Positions 26,080-36,496 of a DNA stretch of 64,000 nt are shown piece by piece (position 1 is the stretch's first letter; every line of letters starts with the position of its first letter). The DNA comes from Bdellovibrionales bacterium (lineage in GTDB: Bacteria; Bdellovibrionota; Bdellovibrionia; Bdellovibrionales; UBA1609): positions 5,019 to 69,018 of the forward strand of contig JAKUPT010000004.1 of assembly GCA_022450595.1 (NCBI GenBank). Reading direction: 5' to 3'. A program made the translations under genes and the position numbers. Under the pieces are notes generated by a model. The model had not been told where the DNA came from and did not search any database. It was given only the letters and a program-made list of their open reading frames with translations.

Positions 26080-27642
26080 TTATTTACTCTTCGTCTGTGC
26101 TGTTACAGCTGATTTTTGATCACTATTTAAAACTTGCAACTGGTAGCTCGTCTTATTTTTAACAAGATGATTGATGCTTACCTCTGACCAACTCAGAAAA
26201 TGGTTTGGAAAAAGTCCCATCCAAAAAATAAGAACAATTAAAGGCGCCATTACAGCAAACTCTCTTTTGCTTATATCTAAACTCTTATTTTTTTCAGCAA
26301 ACTCATTAACGACTTTGCCTGGAGCCCCAAAGAAAACCCTCTTAACCATCCATAACATATAAGCTGCAGCTAAGATCACCCCAAGTACTGCCACATAAGC
26401 AAAGGCTTTGTTGGCCATAAACGTACCTGTTAAAATTAAAAATTCTCCCACAAATCCATTGGTCATAGGAACGGCAATAGAAGACATTGTTACAATAATA
26501 AATAAAATCGTAAATAATGGTGCTGCTGGTGCAAGCCCACCATAGTCTTCAATTTTTCTGGTGTGAGTTTTTTCATAAATCATACCCACTAAAAAGAATA
26601 AAGCACCTGTGCTAATACCGTGGTTGAGCATTTGATAAATACCCCCGGATATACCCTGAACATTCATGGCAAATATACCTAAAATAATATACCCCATGTG
26701 TGACACCGAGGAATAAGCCACAAGTTTTTTTATGTCCGGCTGAACCATTGCAACTAGGGCTCCATATATGATTCCAATCACCCCTAAGCTAAAAAACAAC
26801 CAAGCCCAGTATTCTGTCGCCTCAGGAAAGATTGGCAAAGCCATTCTCACAAAACCATAGGTCCCCATTTTTAACATCACACCGGCTAAAATCACTGAAC
26901 CCGGCGTGGGAGCTTCCACGTGAGCATCTGGAAGCCAAGTATGAAATGGAAAAAGCGGAACTTTAATGGCAAAGGCAATACAAAAGGCAAAGAACAACAA
27001 GCTTTGGGTAGAAAACATTGTTCCAGCCACAAATGGAATATCTAAGTTATAAAAATCTAAGAGTGAGGCGGACATCTGGCCCGTTAGCTGCTTGGTCATC
27101 CCCATTAAAGTGATAATGGAAACTAGCATTAAGACTGATCCTAACATAGTGTAAATAAAGAACTTCATACTGGCGTAAATTCTACGAGCACCACCCCATA
27201 TGCCGACCATATAATACATGGGAATAAGTGAGGCTTCAAAAAACACATAAAACAAAATGGCGTCCATAGCTAAGAAAGTACCAATCATTGTTGTTTGAAG
27301 TAAAAACAAGCAAACATGAAAGCCCTTTACTTTTTTATCTATAGCTGTCCAACTTCCTAGAATAATTAAAGGCACTAAAAAGGTTGAGAGCATTACTAGC
27401 CACAAAGATATTCCATCAATACCCATAAAGTAATTGATTCCGGCAGATCTAACCCACTCGGTTTTTTCTACCAACTGCAGAGCCGCTGTTGTTGGATCAT
27501 AGTCTTTGAACACCAAAAGGCTCAGTAAAAACTGTCCAACACCCAAAACAAATGCTGTTGGGCGAACATACTTTTCTTCTGGCACTGCAAGTATGACTAA
27601 GGCAAACACCACTGGCAAAAATGTAATTAGACTGAGCAACAT
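26080..27642 (-). CDS. nuoM: NADH-quinone oxidoreductase subunit M
   Basis: 520 aa; ...PFHTWLPDAHVEAPTPGSVILAGVMLKMGTYG... is the NuoM/ND4 signature. Confidence 0.9.
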   Translation of the reverse strand: MLLSLITFLPVVFALVILAVPEEKYVRPTAFVLGVGQFLLSLLVFKDYDPTTAALQLVEKTEWVRSAGINYFMGIDGISLWLVMLSTFLVPLIILGSWTAIDKKVKGFHVCLFLLQTTMIGTFLAMDAILFYVFFEASLIPMYYMVGIWGGARRIYASMKFFIYTMLGSVLMLVSIITLMGMTKQLTGQMSASLLDFYNLDIPFVAGTMFSTQSLLFFAFCIAFAIKVPLFPFHTWLPDAHVEAPTPGSVILAGVMLKMGTYGFVRMALPIFPEATEYWAWLFFSLGVIGIIYGALVAMVQPDIKKLVAYSSVSHMGYIILGIFAMNVQGISGGIYQMLNHGISTGALFFLVGMIYEKTHTRKIEDYGGLAPAAPLFTILFIIVTMSSIAVPMTNGFVGEFLILTGTFMANKAFAYVAVLGVILAAAYMLWMVKRVFFGAPGKVVNEFAEKNKSLDISKREFAVMAPLIVLIFWMGLFPNHFLSWSEVSINHLVKNKTSYQLQVLNSDQKSAVTAQTKSK

Positions 27643-27657
27643 AGTATTAATCCCTTA

Positions 27658-29574
27658 TTAAAAAATAAAACTTAAAATAACAACGACACCCAATGTGATA
27701 TACATCGCATAGGATTGCATGTTTCCGTTTTGAGTTGATTTAAAAGCATCTGCCGCAGAGCGAACAAAGTCTGAAATCCAATAGGTGATCTTATCAATAA
27801 AGTTCACATCCACATAAACCCATAAGTCTTTTGATAAACTAATGAGTGGATTAATTATTTTTCCAAAATAAAACTCATCGACAAAATACTTTCCTTCAAC
27901 AGCACGGTAAAGCTTTGGAAATTTACTTGTGAACTTATCAATACGTTCTTGTTTTTTAGTATAACTGTCATATGCAAAGGCAGCTGAGATGCCAGCCAAA
28001 GCTACAGAAATTCCCATCAATCCAAACTCTAGTGCTTTTGAGTGCTCAACATCTAAGTTCACTAAACGTGGATCCAACCAGTGCTCTAACACATTTGGTA
28101 GGTGGCCAAACAAATCTCCAATGGCGTGAGGAATTCCAATAAAGCCTGCAACAGCCGACAACACACCAAGCACAATTAATGGAATTGTCATTGTGGCAGG
28201 AGACTCATGAGGGTGTACGTCGCTTGGTACACGGCTTTTTCCCCAAAACACTAGAGCCATTAGTCTTGTCATATAAAAAGCTGTCATAATTGCGCCAGCA
28301 ACTCCGATCAGCCATAGAAAGGACGATCCATGGGGGCTGACAAAGCTGTAATATAAAATTTCATCTTTACTAAAAAAACCTGAAAATGGAGGCATACCAA
28401 TAATGGCCAACCATCCGATTAAAAAAGTGATATGAGTGATTGGCATATATTTTTTAAGCCCACCCATTTTGCGAATGTCTTGTTCTTCATGCATGGCATG
28501 AATAACACTTCCAGAGCCTAAGAACATAAGTGCTTTAAAAAAGGCATGAGTCATAAGGTGAAACAAGGCCGGCATAAAGGCGCCCACGCCCACGCCTAAG
28601 AACATGTAACCGAGTTGTGAAACGGTTGAGTAAGCGAGCACTTTTTTAATGTCCCATTGGGTCATGCCAATGCTTGCCGCAAAAAAGGCGGTTAAAGCTC
28701 CAAACACAGCAATCACCATCATGGCGTTTGGTGCTAATATAAAAACCTCATTCATTCGCACAATCATGTACACACCAGCTGTCACCATTGTTGCTGCGTG
28801 AATCAGTGCCGACACAGGCGTTGGACCCGCCATAGCATCTGGTAGCCATACATAGAGTGGAATCTGGGCTGACTTACCCATTGCACCAATAAATAAAAAC
28901 AAACAGGCTAGAGTGATTGGTCCACTCCAAAGCGTTTCCGCCTCTGCTGGCATTCGAGCCGCCAGTTCACCGAACTCAACGGTGCCGAAATAAAAGAACA
29001 GAGTAAAAATACCCAGTAAAAATCCGGCATCACCAATTCTGTTGGTAATAAAGGCCTTCATCCCCGCTGAGGCTTTAGCTGGGTCATGAAACCAAAAGCC
29101 AATTAATAAGTATGAAGCTAAGCCGACACCTTCCCAGCCCACAAACATTACAAGTAAGTTGTCACCCAGAACCAACAGCAGCATGTTGAAAATAAAAAAG
29201 TTTAAATAAGAAAAGTACTTTGCTGGGCGCTTGTCATGAGACATATACCCCATGCTAAAAAGATGAATAAGCGCCCCAACCCCTGTAATGATTAAAATCA
29301 TTACGGCACTAATTTGATCCACTAAAAATGCGGCATTGGCTTGAAAACTTCCAACGTGTATCCACTCAAAAAAGTGAGCTGTAAACTGCCTTTCCCCTTC
29401 TGGCAGCTGAATAAGCTTGGCCACTAAAGTCACGGCCGCTATAAAAGAGATAAAGATGGCTGAGGTTGCAATCGTCCCTGCAAGTTTACAATTTTCACTC
29501 TTCCAGCGAAGTCCATTTATAAAAAAACCAACCAAGGGTGTAAGAATAAGTATTGATATTAATGTTTGTTCCAT
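27658..29574 (-). CDS. nuoL: NADH-quinone oxidoreductase subunit L
   Basis: 638 aa; ...GWEGVGLASYLLIGFW..., PLYVWLPDAMAGPTPVSALIHAATMVTAGVY (NuoL/ND5), and a C-terminal lateral-helix region. Confidence 0.9.
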   Translation of the reverse strand: MEQTLISILILTPLVGFFINGLRWKSENCKLAGTIATSAIFISFIAAVTLVAKLIQLPEGERQFTAHFFEWIHVGSFQANAAFLVDQISAVMILIITGVGALIHLFSMGYMSHDKRPAKYFSYLNFFIFNMLLLVLGDNLLVMFVGWEGVGLASYLLIGFWFHDPAKASAGMKAFITNRIGDAGFLLGIFTLFFYFGTVEFGELAARMPAEAETLWSGPITLACLFLFIGAMGKSAQIPLYVWLPDAMAGPTPVSALIHAATMVTAGVYMIVRMNEVFILAPNAMMVIAVFGALTAFFAASIGMTQWDIKKVLAYSTVSQLGYMFLGVGVGAFMPALFHLMTHAFFKALMFLGSGSVIHAMHEEQDIRKMGGLKKYMPITHITFLIGWLAIIGMPPFSGFFSKDEILYYSFVSPHGSSFLWLIGVAGAIMTAFYMTRLMALVFWGKSRVPSDVHPHESPATMTIPLIVLGVLSAVAGFIGIPHAIGDLFGHLPNVLEHWLDPRLVNLDVEHSKALEFGLMGISVALAGISAAFAYDSYTKKQERIDKFTSKFPKLYRAVEGKYFVDEFYFGKIINPLISLSKDLWVYVDVNFIDKITYWISDFVRSAADAFKSTQNGNMQSYAMYITLGVVVILSFIF

Positions 29575-29588
29575 ACAGCCAGTGTCCT

Positions 29589-29912
29589 TTAACCTCTAAG
29601 ATGCTCAAAAAATGAAATTTTAACGTCTTTAAATTTTTTAAATACAGTTACTGCAAGAGCTAAACCCACGCCGGCTTCCGCCGCAGCAATTGTCATAACA
29701 AAAAAGGCTAAAATTTGTCCGTTCACATTGTTTGAAAAATGACTGAAAGAAACGATCGTTAAGTTCACAGCATTTAGCATCAACTCAATGCCCATTAAAA
29801 TGACGATCACATTTTTGCGCATCAAAACAGTCAGCATTCCAATTATAAAGATCGCGGCTCCAACAAAAAGATAGTGGCCAAGACCAACTTCCATCATCAT
29901 ACTACTTAGCAT
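29589..29912 (-). CDS. nuoK: NADH-quinone oxidoreductase subunit K
   Basis: 107 aa, three TM helices, ...ILMGIELMLNAVNL...AAAEAGVGLAL (NuoK/ND4L). Confidence 0.9.
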   Translation of the reverse strand: MLSSMMMEVGLGHYLFVGAAIFIIGMLTVLMRKNVIVILMGIELMLNAVNLTIVSFSHFSNNVNGQILAFFVMTIAAAEAGVGLALAVTVFKKFKDVKISFFEHLRG

Positions 29913-30417
29913 GTGTGCCTCCGCGAATTCTTGAAATTGTCACAGCACCAATGGCCACAACAAGTAAGATTATGCCTAAAACTTCAAAAGCAAAAAAGTA
30001 ATCGGTAAAAAGAAGGGCTGCCAACTGCTTGGTGGTTATGGGTTCCGCTTTTTCAGCCCCCTCAGTCATTAATCCCATAGACATTAAAGAGGCCCCAGAA
30101 ATCATAAACAATAAGGCTCCTGCTGAAAAATACTTTAAAAGCGAAGAGAACAATCCCTTAGTAAAAGCCTGCTTTTCTTTTTTGAGATCAAACAGCATCA
30201 GTACCATCACAAAAAGGACTGTGACGGCTCCGGCATAAACAATGAGCTGAACGCCACCAATAAAATAAGCCTCAAGATTGAAAAACATTAAAGACATCCC
30301 AATCATTGTAAGCACTAGATATAGTGCCGAAAATATCGGGTTGGGGTTAAACAAAACCCCCAAGGCAAAAACAATTGAAACTACAGACAAAAGATAAAAT
30401 AGAACTGTAGACGTCAT
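29902..30417 (-). CDS. nuoJ: NADH-quinone oxidoreductase subunit J
   Basis: 171 aa; ...NPIFSALYLVLTMIGMSLMFF...GVQLIVYAGAVTVLFVMVLML (NuoJ/ND6). Confidence 0.85.
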   Translation of the reverse strand: MTSTVLFYLLSVVSIVFALGVLFNPNPIFSALYLVLTMIGMSLMFFNLEAYFIGGVQLIVYAGAVTVLFVMVLMLFDLKKEKQAFTKGLFSSLLKYFSAGALLFMISGASLMSMGLMTEGAEKAEPITTKQLAALLFTDYFFAFEVLGIILLVVAIGAVTISRIRGGTHAK

Positions 30418-30430
30418 AACACTTCCTTAC

Positions 30431-31582
30431 TTACATTCTCATTACAAAAACAACAATGGCTGTAATAATGGTGTTCGCCAAAGCCCATGGCAACATCGTT
30501 TTCCACCCAAGGTCCATTAGTTGATCATACCTAAATCTTGGCAAAGTCCATCTTACCCAGATAAAAACCCATAAAAAGAAAAGAATCTTTAAAAACATGC
30601 ACAAATGTAACAAGAACGAGGTCATAAGGCTGTTTGTTGTGCCCACATATCCAAAGCCTTCTAGAAAACCACTGAGCTGCTCCGGGGTCACAAAAGGAAT
30701 ATTGTATCCGCCAAAATAAAAAATGGCCATAAGAGCACTGGCCACCAACATGTGCCCATACTCACCAATAAAAAACATGTTAAACTTCATGCCACCATAC
30801 TCGGTGTGATAGCCGGCAACTAGCTCAGACTCGGCCTCTGGAAGGTCAAAAGGCAGTCGGTTAGACTCAGCAAAAACCGCGACTAAAAATAAAACCGCAC
30901 CTAGTGGTTGATAAAATATTCCCCAGTTTGGCAAGAAGGGGATTGTGACCATCTCTCCAAAAAAATGAAAGCTAAGAGCTCCTTGCTGAGCTGCAATCAT
31001 AGTTTTAAAGTCAAAGGTTCCATATAAAATCAAAATTCCAACAATAGACAGACCAAGTGCCAACTCATAACTGATCATCTGAGCACTAGCTCTTAAGCCC
31101 CCAAACAATGAAAACTTATTCGACGAACTCCACCCAGCCATCAACATGGAGTAGGTGGCTAGCGAAGACACACCCAAGACATAGACAATTCCTAAACCAA
31201 AATCAAAGCCTTGAAACTGGAACGTATAAGGCCCCCAGCTCTGACCAAACATTTCAAAGGTCTCAACATTGACTGGGGCTGAAAGCGGCAGGCTCACAAA
31301 GGCCAATGTGGCCGGCAAAAGGGCCACCACCGGTGCTGCATAGAAGATAAAAGCACGGCCTTTTTCAGGAATAAACTCTTCTTTAAATATAAATTTTACG
31401 GCGTCAGCCAGAAGCTGAGTTAAACCAAGAGGTCCCACTCGGTTTGGGCCAAAACGGTTTTGAATAAAAGCAGAGCCACGTCTTTCAACCCATACCAGAA
31501 GAGGTACAATTTGCACCATAAGTAAAAACAAAGCGACAATTTTAACAGCATTCACACTGATTTCAAAAATATCTGAGCCCAT
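30431..31582 (-). CDS. nuoH: NADH-quinone oxidoreductase subunit H
   Basis: 383 aa; ...WVERRGSAFIQNRFGPNRVGPLGLTQLLADAVKF..., ESNRLPFDLPEAESELVAGYHTEYGG (NuoH/ND1). Confidence 0.9.
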   Translation of the reverse strand: MGSDIFEISVNAVKIVALFLLMVQIVPLLVWVERRGSAFIQNRFGPNRVGPLGLTQLLADAVKFIFKEEFIPEKGRAFIFYAAPVVALLPATLAFVSLPLSAPVNVETFEMFGQSWGPYTFQFQGFDFGLGIVYVLGVSSLATYSMLMAGWSSSNKFSLFGGLRASAQMISYELALGLSIVGILILYGTFDFKTMIAAQQGALSFHFFGEMVTIPFLPNWGIFYQPLGAVLFLVAVFAESNRLPFDLPEAESELVAGYHTEYGGMKFNMFFIGEYGHMLVASALMAIFYFGGYNIPFVTPEQLSGFLEGFGYVGTTNSLMTSFLLHLCMFLKILFFLWVFIWVRWTLPRFRYDQLMDLGWKTMLPWALANTIITAIVVFVMRM

Positions 31583-31585
31583 AGT

Positions 31586-31957
31586 TTATTCCCACTCTAA
31601 TGCTTTAGACTTAATTTCCCAAAATAACCCAAAGATGAACACCAACAAAAACAAACCCATAGCAATGAGCATTTGAAGTCCATAGCCCTGAGTGATGGAG
31701 TCTGCAAATTGAATCGCCCAAGGATACATAAAGATGATTTCGATATCAAAAAGAATAAACAAAATGGCCGTGAGATAAAATTTTACCGGCACTTTGGAGG
31801 AGCCAGATTCCTGTGCTGGAAGTCCGCACTCATAGGCCTCTTTTCTGAGGTCCGATTGTTTTGGTTTTGGGCCCAACTTAGACGTTACAAAGACCAAAAA
31901 CGCGCCAAATAATACGACAAAAACCGTAATAAATAATATAGGTACAAGAACAGACAT
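31586..31957 (-). CDS. nuoA: NADH-quinone oxidoreductase subunit A
   Basis: ...YECGLP......KFYLTAILFILFDIEIIFMYPWA (NuoA/ND3). I prefer the ATG at 31957, preceded by GGAG at 6 nt, which gives 123 aa. The 30-aa N-terminal extension of the longest ORF (to 32047) is atypical. Confidence 0.85.
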   Translation of the reverse strand: MSVLVPILFITVFVVLFGAFLVFVTSKLGPKPKQSDLRKEAYECGLPAQESGSSKVPVKFYLTAILFILFDIEIIFMYPWAIQFADSITQGYGLQMLIAMGLFLLVFIFGLFWEIKSKALEWE

Positions 31958-32189
31958 TTCTCGCTCCGCTATGTTGTTGTTTCTAATATTTATACAGATA
32001 GGATGGCGAGATTCCAAGCAGTTTGAACAAAAGCTTTTTTTGTTCAACTCAAAAATTGAACTTCTTAGAGATTTTATGAAACAGATTGCAATTTCTTTTC
32101 TTCGTGCTTAGAGCTCTTGCACTGAAACACAGAGTCAGGCATATGTTAATTTTACCGATGAACCCTTTGAGAAATAGGCCTTTTGCTTT

Positions 32190-35100
32190 ATGAGCCAGCA
32201 CTTTACTGTTGAGAATATTAATTTTCCAATTGAAAACAGAATCGCAAGACTCTTAGAAAAAAAAGACTCAACGGCAGAGGTTTATGGCACTACGTCTCTT
32301 TTGGCTCAAAGCTTTCTTGCTGCGAAGCAGCACTCTGATGTGCACAAAAAGGGGCCTCTGCTTCTAGTTACACCGACAAACAAGGAGGCCGAACAGCTGT
32401 TTGGTTTTATCAACTCCATTGATCCGACCACTCCCGTTGAGTTTATGAACTCTTTTGATGTGAGTCCTTATAGTGGTTTGTACCCTAACTCACGCATTGT
32501 AAGCCAAAGACTCCGTTGGTTACATAAAGCACAATATGCAGATAAGGGCTCTGTGTTTATTGCCAGCATTCAAGCCTTGCTGCAAAAAACCTTACCCTTT
32601 GAAGTTTTAGATCAAAATACTTTTAACTTTAAAGCAAACGATGAACTCTGGAGTGACTTTCATCAAAAGATGCAATTTCTTGGATACAATCAGGCCCCTT
32701 TGGTTGAAGATGTTGGCACTTATTCATATAGAGGGGGTATAGTTGATGTATTTTCTCCTGCTCATCGCCGCCCAATTCGAATAGAACTTTTTGGCGACAG
32801 CATAGACAGTCTTCGATTTTTTGACCCTGAAACACAAAGAAATGAAGAAAGCTTTGATGAACTTACAATTATCCCCTGTAAAGAGACTCTTTTTAGGGAA
32901 GATTATAAACAAGAAATTGTTCTTAATTATAAAAAGCACAATCAAGGCACTAAAGCGGACCCCTCTGAAGTTGACCACCATGTTTCTTCGCTTTTACACA
33001 AACAGTACTTTCATGGAACAGAGTTCTTACTACCTTGTTTTTATGAAAAGCTAGAACAACCCCTTCAACACTTTTCCGCCAGCCCCACGCTGTGGCTTAC
33101 CGACTCGCTGGATGTTTTAAGACAGTTTGATCAATTTTATTCTGAATTAAAGTCTGATTATGAACAATCTGAGTTTATGTCTATTCGCCCTCATTACGAG
33201 TCTTTATTTAGTGTTTATGATGAAATGGCTTTAGATAAAAACAGCCCTGTTGTTAAGTTTGATAAAGTTAAAATTCATGACCAGGTAGAAGAGGACCAAG
33301 ACGATCAAACCGCTGAATGGAGAACTCAGTCTTTAATAGAAATTCAAAGTCGATGGCAAAGCTTTCATTCTGATTTAGATCTACAAACAAATTTTTTAAA
33401 AGAAAAGCTGGAACTCTGGAAGCAAGACAGTGGCGTGGTTTTTATCTGCGCTTCCAGCCAAAGTCATGTTGAAAAAATTAAACTCTTACTTGAAAACTCT
33501 GGCTTTAATTATAGTCTTGAGTCAGAAAATCAGAGGCTTTGGAGTTCGTGGTTAGAACAACAACGGCAAGATCAAAATTTAATTCATGTTGTGCCCGCTA
33601 AAATTTCAGAGTCTTTGCGTTTTCCTGAAGACAGAATCACTATCTTGTCTGACAGTTTGTTTTTTAATAAAAAACAACAGTCCCGCGCGCAATCAGATTC
33701 TAAGCGGCTTCAAAAAAAAGCCCATGCTTTAAGCTTTGCAGACCTTAAACCTAATGATTTTATTGTGCATAAAGATCACGGTGTAGGAGTTTATAAAGGC
33801 TTAAAGATGATGCCCATCAGTGGCATTGATTCTGAATTCATTGAGCTTCAATACAAAGATAACGATAAACTCTATTTGCCTGTTTATCATATAAATCAAA
33901 TTCAAAAATACTCTTCAGCCGGATCTCACAAAACACTAGATAAGCTTGGAGGAACTCAGTGGCATAAAACACAAGTTAAGGTTAAAAGTCATTTACGTGA
34001 TATCGCCTCAGATCTTTTAAACCTGTATGCTGAAAGGGCCCAACTTAAGCGTAAGGCTTATTCCTCTCCCGGCAAAGATTTTGAGGCTTTTGAAAATGCC
34101 TTTCCTTATGAAGAAACCACAGATCAACTTCAAGCCATCAACGGTGTACTTTCTGACATGCAAAAAGATCACCCTATGGATCGACTCATTTGTGGGGACG
34201 TTGGTTTTGGAAAAACAGAAGTGGCCATGCGTGCAGCTTTTAAAGCTGTGGAAGACGGTAAACAAGTGGCTATTATTGCCCCTACCACAATTTTAACCTT
34301 TCAACATTTACAAAATTTTCAGAAAAGATTTTCTAAGTGGCCGGTTGAAATAAAAGCTTTGAACCGCTTTGTTACAAAAACAGAACAACGCAACACCATA
34401 CAAAAACTAAAAGATGGTAAGGTTGATATTGTTATTGGCACTCACAGACTATTCAGTCGTGACATTGATTTTCAAAACCTTGGGCTTTTGATTATTGATG
34501 AAGAACAAAAATTTGGCGTTAAACATAAAGAAAAACTTCGACAACTCAAACACAGTGTAGACACACTGGCTATGTCCGCCACTCCCATACCTCGAACATT
34601 AAACATGTCCTTAATAGGTGTACGAGATTTAAGCCTTATTAACACTGCCCCCATCGACAGGCTTCCCACTAGAACCTTTATCACACGCTTTGACAAAGAG
34701 ACTATTCGCAAAGCCGTCAACAGTGAGGTTGATCGTGGGGGACAAATATTTTTTCTACATAATAAAGTTCAAAGTATATACTCCATTTATGATGAATTAA
34801 GGGAGTTTCTTCCTGATGTAAAAATGGCTGTTGCACACGGACAAATGCCTGAGGATCAGCTGGAAAAAGTTATTGTTAAATTTTTTAATCACGAAATTGA
34901 TATGCTTATCTGCACAACTATTATTGAATCTGGAATGGATATACCAAACGCGAACACTATGTTTATCGACAATGCACACCAGCTTGGCCTGAGCCAACTT
35001 TATCAGCTGCGTGGTCGGGTTGGAAGAAGTAAGGAGCGCGCATACTGCTACCTTTTAATTCCTAAAAATCGTCAAATTGATTCCCTCGCACAAGAACGTT

Positions 35101-35738
35101 TAAAAGTTATCCAAGAAAATACATCTCTTGGAAGCGGCATTCAGGTGGCTCAGTACGACTTAGAACTACGTGGGTCGGGAAATATATTGGGAGAAAACCA
35201 AGCTGGACATGTAAATGCTGTCGGGCATGAATTGTATTTAGAATTATTAGAAGATGCGATCCGCGAATCTAAAGGCGAACCACCTAAGCAAGATGTTGAT
35301 CCAGAGATCAATTTAAAAATACCAGCATTGATTCCAGATAATTATATTTCAGACATTCGTGTAAGACTGTCTTACTACAAAGCTCTTAGTGAAATTGATA
35401 ATGAAGACGAATTACAGGTTATCGAAGACGAACTACAAGATCAATTTGGTAAACCGCCTGAGCCGGTGATTAATCTTATGGGCATTATGCTGATCAGAAA
35501 GCTCTGTAAAGAACTAAAAATAAAAGACCTCTCTTCCGGCAAGCTCGGAGTGTCTTTAATGTTTTTAGATGATCCTCCATTAAGTGTGGAAAAAGTTATT
35601 GAACTTACAACAAGAGAAAATAAAAAATACACTCTGACTCCAGACAATCGATTGATTGTTAGAATGAAAGAAGTGACCTGGCCACGGGTTGTTGAAGAGC
35701 TTGTGTATTTGAAAAGCCTATGTCCTAGTTTGAATTAA
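32190..35738 (+). CDS. mfd: transcription-repair coupling factor Mfd
   Basis: 1182 aa; CGDVGFGKTEVAMRAAF (Walker A), LIIDEEQKFGV (DEEQ), RGRVGRS, plus a UvrB-homology N-terminus and the TRG region. Confidence 0.95.
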   Translation: MSQHFTVENINFPIENRIARLLEKKDSTAEVYGTTSLLAQSFLAAKQHSDVHKKGPLLLVTPTNKEAEQLFGFINSIDPTTPVEFMNSFDVSPYSGLYPNSRIVSQRLRWLHKAQYADKGSVFIASIQALLQKTLPFEVLDQNTFNFKANDELWSDFHQKMQFLGYNQAPLVEDVGTYSYRGGIVDVFSPAHRRPIRIELFGDSIDSLRFFDPETQRNEESFDELTIIPCKETLFREDYKQEIVLNYKKHNQGTKADPSEVDHHVSSLLHKQYFHGTEFLLPCFYEKLEQPLQHFSASPTLWLTDSLDVLRQFDQFYSELKSDYEQSEFMSIRPHYESLFSVYDEMALDKNSPVVKFDKVKIHDQVEEDQDDQTAEWRTQSLIEIQSRWQSFHSDLDLQTNFLKEKLELWKQDSGVVFICASSQSHVEKIKLLLENSGFNYSLESENQRLWSSWLEQQRQDQNLIHVVPAKISESLRFPEDRITILSDSLFFNKKQQSRAQSDSKRLQKKAHALSFADLKPNDFIVHKDHGVGVYKGLKMMPISGIDSEFIELQYKDNDKLYLPVYHINQIQKYSSAGSHKTLDKLGGTQWHKTQVKVKSHLRDIASDLLNLYAERAQLKRKAYSSPGKDFEAFENAFPYEETTDQLQAINGVLSDMQKDHPMDRLICGDVGFGKTEVAMRAAFKAVEDGKQVAIIAPTTILTFQHLQNFQKRFSKWPVEIKALNRFVTKTEQRNTIQKLKDGKVDIVIGTHRLFSRDIDFQNLGLLIIDEEQKFGVKHKEKLRQLKHSVDTLAMSATPIPRTLNMSLIGVRDLSLINTAPIDRLPTRTFITRFDKETIRKAVNSEVDRGGQIFFLHNKVQSIYSIYDELREFLPDVKMAVAHGQMPEDQLEKVIVKFFNHEIDMLICTTIIESGMDIPNANTMFIDNAHQLGLSQLYQLRGRVGRSKERAYCYLLIPKNRQIDSLAQERLKVIQENTSLGSGIQVAQYDLELRGSGNILGENQAGHVNAVGHELYLELLEDAIRESKGEPPKQDVDPEINLKIPALIPDNYISDIRVRLSYYKALSEIDNEDELQVIEDELQDQFGKPPEPVINLMGIMLIRKLCKELKIKDLSSGKLGVSLMFLDDPPLSVEKVIELTTRENKKYTLTPDNRLIVRMKEVTWPRVVEELVYLKSLCPSLN

Positions 35739-36496
35739 AGTTCTAATAAAAGCCCGGCACTTATACTTGGGTCTGAAGAAAAATCTGGATCTTGCTCTTG
35801 TCCAGATGCAAGGTACTGCTTTGCCTCTATGTAAACAAATGAGTTTTGTAAACCGTACTGCATAAAGGAAACTCTTGAGGCTTTTGGGTCTATCCAATTT
35901 AATTGAAAAGCAAGGCCTGCACTATAATAACCAGCGACACTGGCATTTCCATCGGATGTGCTAGAATTTAACTGTTCTTCATACACCATAATATAGCCTC
36001 CAGCGGAGACATAGGGCAAAACATAAGGCTCACTAAACAAAGAATTAAAGCTTAATCTTGCCCCTAATTTAATAGGAATAAGAGTGAGACTTGGTTTGTC
36101 AGACAACCCCTCTAAAGCATCAGACTCTAAAAAACCAACACCTGTTTCAAACCCTAATGCTAAGTAATCAAAGTTTCTGTTCATGCCATATTGTAATTCA
36201 TAATACGGCACCTTTTCCCCATAAACTTGAGTGAAGTTTTCTACTAAAAAGTTGGTTTCAAAATTTGGCAAATTAATTTGACCATAACCAAGACTAAAGA
36301 CAGTGCTCCATTTAGTTTTTCGTTCATTGTAGTCTACCAGTCTGTAAACAGAATTATTTGTTTTTGTTTTTATGGGTATTGGATCAACAATAATCATATC
36401 TTTGTCTGCATTAACGTCTAGGTTTTCTGCCAAACAATATATATGTATCAAAAAAATACCGATAATAATTTTAAGATGCTTTTTATAAACAAACAT
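35735..36496 (-). CDS. putative outer-membrane beta-barrel protein (253 aa)
   Basis: N-terminal hydrophobic signal-like segment LKIIIGIFLIHIYCLA. Alternating amphipathic strands rich in Tyr/Gly (..VSAGGYIMVYEE.., ..VAGYYSAGLAFQLNW..). No recognisable enzyme motif. Confidence 0.5.
   Translation of the reverse strand: MFVYKKHLKIIIGIFLIHIYCLAENLDVNADKDMIIVDPIPIKTKTNNSVYRLVDYNERKTKWSTVFSLGYGQINLPNFETNFLVENFTQVYGEKVPYYELQYGMNRNFDYLALGFETGVGFLESDALEGLSDKPSLTLIPIKLGARLSFNSLFSEPYVLPYVSAGGYIMVYEEQLNSSTSDGNASVAGYYSAGLAFQLNWIDPKASRVSFMQYGLQNSFVYIEAKQYLASGQEQDPDFSSDPSISAGLLLEL

Noticed and set aside
31958-32047. A Cys-containing N-terminal extension of NuoA (MNKKSFCSNCLESRHPIC...) that could have been a metal-binding addition.
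   Set aside because: The internal ATG at 31957 has a good GGAG RBS and gives a normal-length NuoA. The extension overlaps an AT-rich inverted repeat (TTGAACAAAA/TTTTGTTCAA, 32023-32047) that is more likely regulatory.
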